Source: the human T2T-CHM13v2.0 reference genome, Homo sapiens. From it: DNA of 64,000 bases. The stretch lies in NCBI RefSeq assembly GCF_009914755.1, contig NC_060932.1; one strand, 5' to 3'. Both the position numbers and the translations under genes were made by a program. Below, one piece after another: positions 51,810 to 64,000 of the stretch (position 1 is the stretch's first letter; each line of letters starts with the position of its first letter). The notes under the pieces are model-generated. The model was given only the letters and a program-made list of their open reading frames with translations, was not told where the DNA came from and did no database searches.

Positions 51810-54800
51810 GTGAGGCGCCGGCCGTTAACTGCCGGCCGGCGGCGGTTGGGGGCCGGGTGGAAACGCGGGGGCCCAGGGGGCCCCTCCGTGCCCTCTGCTG
51901 TCAGCGGACGCGGCGGAGACGGAGGCCCGGGTGGCCCCCGGGGTCGTTTGCACGGGGACCTGGGAGGCTGTGGGACACCTAGGGGAAGACCCTGATGTGA
52001 ATTTTGGGGACTTGGAAGGAGAAGGCTGGGGCGCATGGGTGAGACTTGAAGGAAATCTTTGGGGACTCGGGCACACCCAGGGGAAACTTCTGGGTGGGGG
52101 ACAGCGACCATCTGGGGGCTTCGTTGGGAACGAGGTTGAATTATGTCATGGAAGGGGAGCGTGTTGGACTCGGGGAAGTAGGGCGTTTGGTTTGTCTAAG
52201 GTACTGGAGAAAAAGCTGGAGGAAAATGGAAGGACTTGAGGGACTCAAATGCAGAAGAGGTGAAGGGAACAGGTGCTTGCATTGTTAGCGAAGTTTGGGG
52301 ACCTTGGAAGAGGGTTGGGGTCAGACCCCAGCACCTGAGAGGAGAGGAGCTCCGTGGTCCCAGGGGAGGAGCCCAGTTCCCCCTCCCAGCCCTTTGTCTC
52401 TCCTGTGTCCAGGCTCCAACAGCCCTGGCGGGGCAGTCAGCCCTCCCAGGGGATGGGCAGCCCATGCCAAGCCTTGCAGGCTGGCCCTTGGAGAAGTCAG
52501 TAGGGGAGAAGAGGCCGGCAAAAGAGCACCGTTCCGGAGGGCGTTGGGTTGGGTGACCCTCATTGGTGGCTGGCTTGAGGTTCGGAATAGTGGTGAAGGG
52601 AGTCCTTGCCATTTTCACACGACTCCAGCCAGCTCAGGGTGTGAAAGATCCTAGGAAGTACTGCGGGTCAGGGATACAGAGATTTCTGGAGGCACGCCTA
52701 CCCGGGACAGTGTTCCCCTGGCTTTTTCCTCCTGTGGCTTCCTGAATCATCTGCTGGCATGCACGGTAAATTAAGCCTTCCTTCCTGGGAGCAGTCTCCT
52801 ACTTTTCCTGGAATATGTGTTTCAGATGAAGATGGGTGTGGGTGCCACTGGTCTGTCTTTTCTCTGGGAAATGGCAGCAACATGATCTGGTCAGATCTGT
52901 TACCTTTTGCAGGAATTACTGTGCACTGACAGTCTGTGGTTCCCTAGATGAATCGGATCTGCTGCTCTTAGTGCTCGCCCTGGCTTTTTTATTGTTGGAA
53001 GTGAAAGATGAGGCAGACATATTCTATTTGTATATAGATACCTATATTTTAAAACAGTGACCTCCAGTTTTTGCCTGTTTCAACCAGTTCTTCAGAGTAG
53101 AGTGTGTGTGTGGTTGACCGATGGTGGAGGAGAGACTCTTTACTGTCTCCAAGAATTTAAGAATATTTGAATTGTTGAACAGAAATAGACTTATGGAGCT
53201 CCCTCATTTTATTTTAATTGCAGGCTTATTTTTATTTCTTTAATAAAATGGGCTTGTGAAAAAGTGAATGGGCATGCATTCCTAAATAAAAGAAAAAAAA
53301 TTAAGTTTTATTTCTATGCCCTCTGAACAGTTCTGCAGTTGAGTTTGTACTCCTGTGCCTGATGATTTACATGTATCTTTTATTGCCTGCTGGGCTGTCA
53401 TCTCTGTGAAAGAAATTTCTTCATACATTGCATGAGATCCGTGGCATTGGAAATATTCTGGACTGTGGACTCAAGTGCATTTTTCCTAATAAAGTAGCTG
53501 AATCAAAGTTAGGTTGTACTCAATTAAGGAACAGTTAAACTGAAAGTACAGTGCGTTATCTTATTTTAAAAGTCAGAATTATTTTCTCTGCCGTGTTGCC
53601 ATAGTATTGTGTTGCTAAAACGTCCAAAATTCTTTTGGATTCTGTGTTTTTACCAGTGTTAATGGCTTCCAGTTACTTGAAACAGATATTTACTGGGGAA
53701 ATGTTGCCATTTAGTGTTTTTTAGGTATTCAACTTGATAAACTTACTTTTCATAGAAGTAATTCTTATAAGAAGTATATTTCTCACATGTGAAGGAAGGA
53801 GGAGGTGCTGCTCAGAATCTTGTCTTACTGTTAGTTTAGATGACTTCAGACTGAAACATTTTTCTCTTAAATCACAGGCTGATATTCGGAATGCAGAGCT
53901 TTATCATTTAAAACATTAATTACACGCTTATGTAACTGCAAAATTACAAGTGTTTTAAATCTGAAGCTACATGATTGTGAGGAAGCTTTGATTTTAAATC
54001 CAACCATCTTGTTATGGGCTATTTTTTCTTATTTAGTTATATTTGTGTTTGCCTCTAATGCAACTGTGTTTTCAGCAGTTATTCACATTGGAGTTGGTAT
54101 TTCAGCACTAAATTGTAGAATGGGCCAGCATGGCAAACCTTAGCGTGCCATGTAATAGATATGTTTTATGGTATCTCTAAACTCTAACAAGGCCTTACAT
54201 TTGCATAGTATTTTAAAGTTTCCAAGGCACTAGTTTTGTCCTCACACTTGCATTCCGGTAAGGCAGATGTTCATGTCTTCTCTTTTCAGGAAGGCAGCTG
54301 AGGATCCCAGCTATCTAAGCTTTTGGGCAACTGAGATTTAATTTGAAATCTCAGGTCTTCTGTCTCTGAAGAGGTTGTTCTTTCTTATTTTGGCTTCCTA
54401 AAATGTTGGAATGAAATACTTCTCACTTGCTAACTTCAGACCCTGCAGAAATCAATATAATTAGTATGATTGTTTCCAACTGACTTAAATGTGTAGGAAA
54501 TAGTATATATCCTTTAGGAAGTTTATCCTGATTTTTACAGAAAGTTTCTGTCTGCACTTGCCTTCTTTGAAGAAGCAAACATTCACGGTAGATTTATCTT
54601 CCAGGATTTTGATGCTGAGGCCAAGAGGCAGTTTTGAATTAAAGCCCTCCTGTGACTAGTGTATTAGTTTAATAATCAATGCATTATGATAATGAAGCAG
54701 TTTATAGATGAGGTGTAGTCGTTCTTTAAAAATTCAGTGTTCGTAAAGATTGATCAACTTCCTAACTGAATTACTCTTTTTCTTTCTTGAGCTAGGATGA

Positions 54801-54953
54801 CAATAAGAGATATACTCCTGTCTGGTATACATTGGCTTTTATATTTTTCCAGACTTGTGTTTCATCGTGGGCACTGATTGCTGATTTTATTTTCATTTTA
54901 CCAGAATAACTGGTTCTCCTCCTCCACCTCCTAAATGAATTTGTTTCCCGAAT

Positions 54954-55257
54954 ATTTATTTATTTATTTTTTTGAGACGAAGTTGCCCAGGCTCTGTTGC
55001 CCAGGCTAGAGTGCAGTGACACAATCTAGGCTCACCGTAACCTCTGCCTTCTGGGTTTGCGCGATTCTCCCGCCTCAGCCTCCCGAGTAGCTGGGACTGC
55101 AGGTGTGCGCCACCATGCCTGGTTAATTTTTGTATTTTTAGTAGAGACGGGGTTTCACTGTGTTGGCCAGGCTGGTCTCGAACTCCTGACCTCGTGATCT
55201 GCCTGCCTCAGCCTCCCAAAGTGCTGGGATTACAGGTGTGAGCCACCGTGCCTGGCC
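54954..55257 (-). mobile_element. AluS(g-like), antisense in intron 1
   Basis: Reverse Alu with (ATTT)n tail and gacctcgtgatc; internal 12-nt duplication gttgcccaggct. Confidence 0.95.
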
Positions 55258-58200
55258 TCTGAATTTGTTTCTCTAACAAAATTAGTGGTTAATGTTTATT
55301 TGATGTTAAAAGTCAGTCAAAGAAAATAGGCTTTGGGATCCCACTCCGGACCCCGCCTTGGTGCCTGTAGGGTGAATTGACATTGCAATTCTTGCCAAGG
55401 AGAGGTTAATTGCAGATGAAAGTGGTGTTGCATGTTTTATATTTGCTAGTAGGGGATGTGCTGACTCTTACTAAAAAACATCTTTAGAAATGTCTTATGC
55501 ATTATAATTTAATCCAAGTCTCTGATATTGGTTTGGATGGTTTTCAATACAAGCCAAGTAACCATTAAATAAGATTACATAACACTGTATTTTTAATTAT
55601 CTGATATAATGTATGGATTGGTGGCTGGCTCACTGCCAAGTTACATTTAGTTGTCGTTGATTACAAGAGAAAGTGGAGCTGAGGATTCAAGATTAAGGTG
55701 GTCCAGATTTGTGTCTAGGTTGATAAAAGTTTTTTGTTTGTATATCAAAATGGTTTTTATATCAGTTTCTCAAATATTACAATTCTTAGCATTACTTAGA
55801 ATAAATATGGAGGATAAAAATATATTAAGGAAGGATTATTATTTTATGTACATCTCTTTGTAATCCACAAAACCCAGGGGCTTAAAACTTGATTTTTGGG
55901 GACCCCTTTTGGAAAACATTTCGGATTTGCTTGAATGTCACAGACTTGTAAAGTAGAGAGTAAGAATGAGAACTGCAGAACTGTATTTAGGTATGGTGCC
56001 TTCATGCTATAGTTTGTGATTTTCTGTTTCATCCAAAGGAGGATGTGATTATTTAGTTTTTAGTTTTTTATTGTTTTTCTTTGTGTTATCAGTTTTTTTT
56101 TTTTTTTAAGAAAATGCGATCACTCACAGTGTTAGATATGCCATTTCTGAGTTTTATACAGTGTATTATGATTAAAAGTGACCCAGTGATTGTGAGTTAC
56201 AGGGTTTTGGTATTGGACATTAGTAACAGGCTTATAGAGAACCTGCCATGCTGGTTCTCTGTGTTGGGTCCCAGGGGTAGGGAGGAAAAACAGTCTGCAC
56301 TGGTGAGAAGCTCCTGCTCTCCTCTGTGTGCGTTTGAGAATGAATTTTCGGTTTGTAGATGCCCTCTTTCCTAAGGAACATCTTAGTCCTTCAACTATGC
56401 TGAAATATTTAATGATTGGATGGCTTAGATTTACTGTTAATAAATCAGCTTGTGGACATTTTTGAGGCACTTGTTGGTACTGGGTCATGTTTGTAATCTC
56501 GATACTGGTAACAGCTCAGAGATGGAGAGGTTATTAGCCTAGTTTTTCAGTTGTAGAAACCAAGATTCTGACAGCTAAAGTGACTTGCCCATGGTGACAT
56601 GCTTATAATAAAATGTCAGAGTGAAGGGTCAAGCTTTGTTCTTTTACAGGTCCATTGTTCTTTTTACCATGTCCTACTGACTCTCAGTAACACTGAGAGT
56701 CTAAAGGGCTAAGTTACTGGCCAACCTGTGATGGTATAATTAGTGAATGATAGAAGGAGAATCAAAACCCTGGCTTTTTTATGTGCAGTTTGTTTTTCCT
56801 CTAGCCTGTGCTGAATTGAAAGATAAATTATATAGCATCCATTTTCATACTTCATTCTTCACATTTCTGCCCTAAGATAAGTCCTCTGACCTTTTTCAAA
56901 ATGGGTTGGATTGCCTGTTTTCTGGTGTCACATAACACCTGGTGCTCTTACGGTGTGATCCTCATCACACTGCTTTGTTTGGATCTTTGTCTTTCTTGGT
57001 AAAGAGTGAGTTCCTCGGAAGACAGGGCCTGGTCTTTCCTCTGTATCTTCAGCACCTAGCATACGTCTGAGCACAGGGCCCTTGGGAACTCCTGTCTTCA
57101 TTTCAGTGTTACGTGTTAATTATCATTAAGGGTAGCAGAATCAGAAAGTATATTTGGAATTTAGCAGTCAGTAAAGAGCTTTGCTTCTTACAGCTTTAGA
57201 GGACCTGAATTGGAGGTGGGGATGAAGTCAACAGTTCTGCCCATATCAATGAAAGAAGGTTCTGAGTGAAATGCAGGGTTGAACAAGCAGAAAAGCATCC
57301 CAGTGCTCTTTAAATGTGGTTGCACAGTAGGGATCCTTCTCTAGGAGATAATGAGAAGATGTTGTCAGATCTGCTTTGAATCAGATGTTTATTTACTTTT
57401 ATTCTTTCTTAAGGAATTTATGAAATCACTGCACTCTCATCAATTTGCTCTCCTTCTCTAAACTCCTAATGATATTTCTCATGACAGATTAAAAACAGAA
57501 TTTTGGAAGCCCTAGTCACATGCCAAATAAGGTTTCTTACCTGAGAGAGTTATCCGCAGTTTCAGATGCCAAAGGGAAACTCCGAAAGCCAGAGGAGCGA
57601 TTGAAACCGCAAATTGAGTGCCAACAGCAACTTTGATATCAAAAGCCCCATTTGCCTGTTGTCACCAGTCCCGCTGAGTGAAGATAGAATGACTTATATC
57701 TTCTACCAAAACAATAGAAGGAGAGTGTTCCTTGGCGTTGGGGATGATGATTATAAAAGCCACCAATTTGAGGCTCTTCCGTGCCAGCTGCTTTCTGTGC
57801 ATTCTCTCCCATCCCCGCAAGATCTTGCAAGGTAGGAGGTTTTATTCCCTGCGTGCCTCCTTTATTTTTTTCAAATGAGGCCTCTAAGGCTCAAAAACAC
57901 TAAGTAACTTGCCCAGTCAAGGTACACAGCTTATAAGTAGTCAGGCTGAAATTTTAAACCAAGTCTGCAGTATTTTGTTAAGATACTTTAAGAAAAGAGG
58001 TAAAAGGACAGAACTCAACATTGTTGTTTTTAAATAAATGTTTCATTATAGCAGAAGCCTCTTAGGAATTTCCATTGGTGATGAATTTTTAAAAGGGGTT
58101 ACTGAAAATGTGTTTTACCAAAAAGGCAAGCTCACTTTTTTTTCTCCTGTGCTCTCCGGCAGTCTTCAGTAGGCATTCAAAGTAAGGATTTTTAAATATG

Positions 58201-58514
58201 TATATATTTCAGTGACCAAAAAGAAAATAGAAAAATATTCCATATAGAAAGCCAGTGAAATTCTTGCTGAAGTTCTGTCTCTTGAGGGAGCCTCCTAGAG
58301 GTGCAGTGCTCTTTGTATTTTAATACTTTGCTTATCACAAAAACAGTCGAGAGTATGATATCAGGGATTTATAGTCAGTTTATGGTATATTTGTGAATTC
58401 TTCATTCTCTAAAAATAGGTTCACAAAAGAAAAAAAAGTATTCCCACAGATAATGCTTTTGGCTTTCTGGAAGGGGGGAATATGTTTAAATATACTTGCC
58501 CTGCAGTTGCTAAT

Positions 58515-58720
58515 GATAGTAGCTACCATTTATCAAGAGCCTTTTCTGGTTTACGTGCTTTATGTATGTTATTTCATTGAATTAGTTTAACAGTCTTAAA
58601 AGAGTAAGTCATTTTACCTTATTTTATAGATGAGAAAACCGAGGTCAGGAAGGTCACATAATTTGCCTAAGAACACATAGCTAGTAACTGGTGAATCAGG
58701 ATTCAGATCTTTGTCTGCCC
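58515..58720 (-). mobile_element. MIR
   Basis: tagctaccatttatcaagagc...attttatagatgagaaaaccgagg. Confidence 0.7.
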
Positions 58721-59029
58721 AACACTATGACACTATGTAGGGCACCTGTTAGCATCAGATAGAGGTGGAAGCTTTGAGTATGTCTTGTTTTTCATGTTTT
58801 ACTTTTGTGGGGAATTTGGATTATGCAGCTCTTCAAATTACATGCCTAGTATTGGACTGGGTGAGCAGGGCAGTTGCGTACCATACAGAGGGCACACAGG
58901 GGCATGGCAAAACGGCATAGGAACTTTCTGACCAGTGGCAACATCTGGTAGGTAGCATTTACTTGGGAAACAGTGTTAACTCAACAAGGAATGAGCTGGT
59001 GCAGAAAGAGCCATGTGATTACAGGTGAC

Positions 59030-59182
59030 AGCTTTCTAGTCTGTAATCCCCTGCAAGTTACTTTATTTCTCAGAGCCTCAGTTTCCCCATCTGTGAAATT
59101 GGGGACCTTATGCCTTCTTTGTAGGGTTGCTGTTTTAGACGTAAGTACAGTGTCTAACACATAGTAGGTGCTTAATAAACGT
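59030..59182 (+). mobile_element. MIR
   Basis: ctcagagcctcagtttccccatctgtgaaattggg...cacatagtaggtgcttaataaa. Confidence 0.75.
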
Positions 59183-60084
59183 TACCTGCAATTTTTATAA
59201 AATGTTGTAAGACAGATGTGTGAGTATCGACATCACTTTTCAGATATAATGTATATAATACAAATTCAATACATAAATCATCTACTTTCATTTCTTAGGG
59301 TAATTTTATGTTGTTAGAATTATTTTAGTTTTCCAATCCAGGAAATATTGAAGGAGAAATTCAGTCTTTAGGAAGCTTCTTTCATTAATATCATGCACAA
59401 AATTAGCAGCAGCTCTGATTGATTTTTATTATGCTATTCAAGACACAGCACCTGAAGCTTAAATTAACAAATGAAGCTTCCATAAACAGTTTTAAGACTG
59501 CATATCTTAAAACATGTCTGGACACCCAGCAGCCTCTTTCCACAAGCACAAGATACCTTACTCTGAATTGGTAAGCTGTAAATTTCCATAATTTTTTACA
59601 TTTCCATAATTTTTCGTCAATCAGCCCCTGCTGCTATTTTAAGAATTTTAAAAGGTGCTCCTAGCATATTATTGATGTTCTTCGTTGATATGATAAAGGG
59701 CAAGAGTATGTGAGGGCACCCTTTTAAATGTCTGTTTTCGATATATATCTTACACTTGGGGTCACTGTTGATTCGTGCTCCCATGGGAGAAAATATAGAA
59801 ATTATGATGAAGATAAGGGGCAGTTTTCATTTTCAACATTTTTCCTTGTTCTTTCTCTGCTTCAATGTTTGTGCCGTTTGTGCTCTGCTTTTCTTCCACT
59901 AGATGGCGCTCCACATAGCTAGGTTACCTTCTTTCTTTCGCATTGGTAGCTATTTCTGAACTGAGTCTTGATCAATAAACGTGCATTGCTTTTGATTTTC
60001 ATGCATTGGTATTTTTCATATTATTGATCTCTTAAGAGGCATACTTGCTAATCAATATTTGCAGAAAGCCATGCCTTTTTTTGT

Positions 60085-60255
60085 AGCCACCATTGCTCAA
60101 GCGCCTGAGGTATGCCTGGCACTGTAGCTAGGTTCTTCACACATTTCTTCATTTAATCCATGACTTTCACGTGAATTTAGTTTTGTTGTTCTCATTTTAC
60201 AGGTAAGAAGTGGAGGTTAGAGGGATTTATAACTTGTTCGAGGTCACAAAGCTAA
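60085..60255 (-). mobile_element. MIR
   Basis: atgcctggcactgt...catttaatcc...cattttacagg...aacttgttcgaggtcaca. Confidence 0.65.
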
Positions 60256-60814
60256 CTTATATTATAGGGATTAGTGTGCCCTAAAGAAAAGTATACTCCA
60301 AAAACATTAAATTGAAAGCTTTTGTCAAATAACTTGTTAGGATAGTCTGACTTACGGTTACTGGCCATGGTAATATGTTTATTTTGGGGGAAAATTATAC
60401 TCCTCACAGTTAATTTGCTTTGGAATATATAAATCAAATTCCCAAATCTGATTTGTATAAGAAAGCACACAACAGTAACAAAAGATTTGTCAGTTGGTGT
60501 GCAAATTTCTGCTTCCTCTTGCCTTCTGTTTACTGACTTGAGTGGGCTGAGACTTGATGAGTACTAGCTATAAAATGTGGGAGGAATTTTGGACAAAGCC
60601 AGGCTTCCTGTTTTAGTAACTTTTAGCAGGGCTGAATGCTGTTAACAAGTCCCCAGGACTTAAAAAATTTATCCTTTCATTTTATTCATTTATTCGACAC
60701 ATATTTGTTGAATTGCTGAGTTGACCTGTGTGTTCTGGACCATGACTTTACCTCACTGAGCCTCTATTCCCTCATCTGCACATGGCAGGCAGGATGCCAC
60801 CTCAGTGGTTGTCA

Positions 60815-61002
60815 TACATTTTAAAATAACTAAAAGAGTATAATTGGATTGTTTGTAACAGAAAGGATAAATGCTTGAGGTGAGGGATACCCATTTCCCT
60901 GATGTGGTTATTATGCATTGCATGCCTGTATCAGAATATCTCATGTACCCCATAAACATGTACACCTACTGTGTACCCCCACAATTAAAAATAAAAATTA
61001 AA
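60815..61002 (+). mobile_element. Short L1MA-type 3' end
   Basis: Closely similar to 13045-13230 (aaaggataaatgcttgagg...atgtacccc). Confidence 0.85.
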
Positions 61003-61139
61003 CAAGATTAAATGACAGTGGTTTCGTATTTGTTTAATTTCACTATAAATTTTTAACATAGAATATATTCGTTGTATCTAAGATGAGATTATTACACATA
61101 TATTTCTGTTCCTCATATATTATCTTTTACAAATGAATA

Positions 61140-62290
61140 CTTAAATAACTTGACATGTATTTATTAAAAATAAGGGCCTTCCCTTTCATAGCTGTCATAC
61201 AATGATCCAAATTAGGAAGTTTAACAACCACACAGTGCTGTTATCTCATCTACAGTTCACATGCTGATGGCACCAGTTGTTCTGGTTTTGTCTTTTACAG
61301 GACCCAAGTCAAGATCACACATTTCGTGTAGTGTCAGGCCTCTTTAGGGTTTCAGTTTGCAGTAGCTGCTTTGTCCGCCTTTGCCTTTCGTGATAGGCAT
61401 TTTGGAAAACTATACAAAAACTATACAGGCCAGTTTTTTGTAGAATGCTTCTCCATTTAGGTTGTCTGATGTTTCCTTAAAATTAGATTTGTGTCACACA
61501 CTGTCTTGGCAGGAATGCCACCGAGGTGATGGTAGGTCCCTCTCAGCCCCTCGTACCCGGGCACACCACGTCTGTGTCGTTACTGGTGAAAAGTTCAATC
61601 ACTTGGTTAAGGTGGTGCCAGTTTTCTCCTCTGTGAAGTTACTACTTTCCTTTGGTAATTAATTAATACTTCTGTGAGGAGATACTTTAAGACTATGTAA
61701 ATAAATATCCTGCTCCTCATTAAACTCTCCCTCACATCTTTTAGATCCATTAACATTTCTTACCTGAATTATTACTGTGATGGTTGTAAAATGGTAATTT
61801 TCCAACAGTCATTCCATCTACATTTATTGGTTGATATTCTACTGAAAAGGAATCTTTTCTGCTCCTTCTTTCTCCCTCTTTCTCTTTTTCAATCCCTCTC
61901 TCCCTCTTTGTTATTCAGTCGTATCTGTCTTCTAAATTCATGCATTTTTCTTTAATTCAGTGGGTTATAATCCTTTACTATCACCGTGTAAATTGAAGCT
62001 CACATTGTTTAAGATTTGGCCATTGAGGGCCCTTTGCTCTGGCTCCTGGGTCCATTTGAGAGGATCATCCCCTAAATTGGCTTAGTATTTTTTTAATCTC
62101 TGTAACAGCAACTTGTTCTCTGCTTATCTTGTTCTTGCTCTGCCCTAGCCCTCAAATGAGCCATTTTCCCCAAAGGTGCCCTGGTTTCTTTTAGTGTGGA
62201 ATGTTGTTTAGAAGCCAAGATCTGGGTGCTGGTAGTCATTGCTTTCAGGCTCTTTCATGGACAGCTGGGAAGTAGATACCTATCTGTAGC
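61140..62290 (-). mobile_element. Old L1MC/ME-like 3' region
   Basis: caggccagttttttgtagaatg; cacttggttaaggtggtg; agaagccaagatctgggtgct, similar to 1700-2440. Confidence 0.65.
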
Positions 62291-62324
62291 TGTACCTTCA
62301 TTGTCTTTATGCGAAACTCTACGC

Positions 62325-62523
62325 CTAGGGACAGCAAACTTTTTCTGTAAAGGCTAAAGAGTAAATAGTTTGTGGGCTGTGCATTCTACTCAACCTCTGC
62401 TGTTGTAGCAGAAAAGCAGCCACAGACACTATGTAAATGAATGAGAATAGTTGTGTTCTGATAAAACTTTATTTATAGAAACAGGCAGTGTGCCATGGGC
62501 TGTGGTCTGCTTACCCTTCCCTG
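62325..62523. mobile_element. MER58A-like hAT DNA transposon
   Basis: gcaaactttttctgtaaagg...gcagccacagacactatgtaaatgaatgag...ataaaactttattta. Confidence 0.8.
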
Positions 62524-62978
62524 CTCTCAGCAGAGAAACTAGGAGCCCAGGCTTTATTACCAAACTTGGTAAAATTCATTTGTACCCATGCCTTCCAAAA
62601 TAGGGGCACAATAAAAGTTATTTGCATGAATGAATTAATGATAATTGTGGGCTCTTTCTATTGCAGACCTCTCATGGCTCTTTTGGACATCAGTCTCTTA
62701 TGACTTGTCAATTTGTTCAGGTCCTTGTTTAAAGATGAGAGGCTTTTAGAAACATAATGTGCACAATATGCAAAATAATACTGAGAAAAATGATTTTATA
62801 AACTCGTGAGGGTATTTTTCTTGTCATGATGAAATAGTTACCTTTCCCTAATGAAAGCATATCTCAAGGCATAGCCATACTGCAGGCAGAGCACATGGCC
62901 CCTGCTTTGGTCTGGTGTTGCTGCATTCTGCATAGGGTCAGCTGAGAGGCACGACTCCAGCACCAATCAATTGGGTGA

Positions 62979-63360
<382 letters not shown>

Positions 63361-63682
63361 GTTTTTTTTTTGTTTTGTTTTTTTTTTTTTTTTTTTTTTT
63401 TTTGAGACGAGTCTCGCTTCTTCACCCAGGCTGGAGTGCAATGGCGCGGTCTTGGCTCACTGAAACGTCTGCCTCCCAGGTTCAAGCAATTCTCCCGCCT
63501 CAGCCTCCCCAGTAGCTGGGATTACAGGCATGTGCCACTATTCCCAGCTAATTTTTGTATTTTTAGTAGAGACAGGGTTACACCCTGTTGGCCAGGCTGG
63601 TCTCAAACTCCTGACCTCGTGATCCACCCGCCTTGGCCTCCCAAAGTGCTGGGATTACAGGCGTGAGCCACCGCGCCCGGCC
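63361..63682 (-). mobile_element. Full-length AluS-type element
   Basis: Long poly-T then reverse Alu ending gcgcccggcc. Confidence 0.95.
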
Positions 63683-64000
63683 AGGACCACCTATTGTTAA
63701 TGCACAGAGACTGCCATCAAGGTGATGTCTGACACTGGAAAGAAACCAAGCGCTAGAGTACATCGCAGCCGATGCCAGCAGCTTGAGCATAAAGATGGAG
63801 GTTCATTCTGTTTAATGTGTCTCTGATGACTCTAAAATAAATTAGGCTTTAATTACTGCTTAAATTTTTATTTAATTTCAAAAATTCAAAAGTCGATTTT
63901 AAACCTGTTGGTGCGTAGCTTCTTTGGTGTTCAGCAGGCTATTCGTCTTCCTCTCTGTGAGAAGCAGCATGAGGTTCTGCTTGCTCCTTTCTCTAGAATC

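Larger units (their letters stand above)
50540..52150. promoter_or_regulatory. CpG island promoter of KHDRBS3
   Basis: Abrupt rise in GC and CpG density against CpG-depleted flanks; surrounds exon 1. Confidence 0.93.

Noticed and set aside
51016-52111. Overlapping long ORFs on both strands
   Set aside because: GC-rich CpG-island artefacts. Only 51722-51809 matches a known protein, and the 292-aa ORF reads through the splice donor.

Overview
Primate (very likely human) genomic DNA, rich in Alu, L1, L2, MIR and MaLR repeats. The only supportable protein-coding sequence is the first coding exon of KHDRBS3 (SLM-2/T-STAR, STAR family): ATG at 51722, 29 codons plus 1 nt, GT donor at 51810, inside a CpG island (~50.5-52.2 kb). 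Bases 1-50.5k are repeat-rich upstream intergenic DNA and 51810-64000 is the start of intron 1. The rest of the ORF track looks spurious (repeats, low complexity, GC-rich DNA). I found no evidence of a new multi-gene system. The best leads are regulatory or evolutionary: an AUG-free 5'UTR open in frame with the CDS, a 5'UTR G-quadruplex, a palindromic double MYB site by the donor, a recursive-splice-like AG|GTAAGA site, a polyA-signal cluster in early intron 1, three co-oriented CTCF motifs, and a 58-bp triplication with a near-identical dispersed copy. Repeat families were recognised by eye, so subfamily calls and boundaries are approximate.
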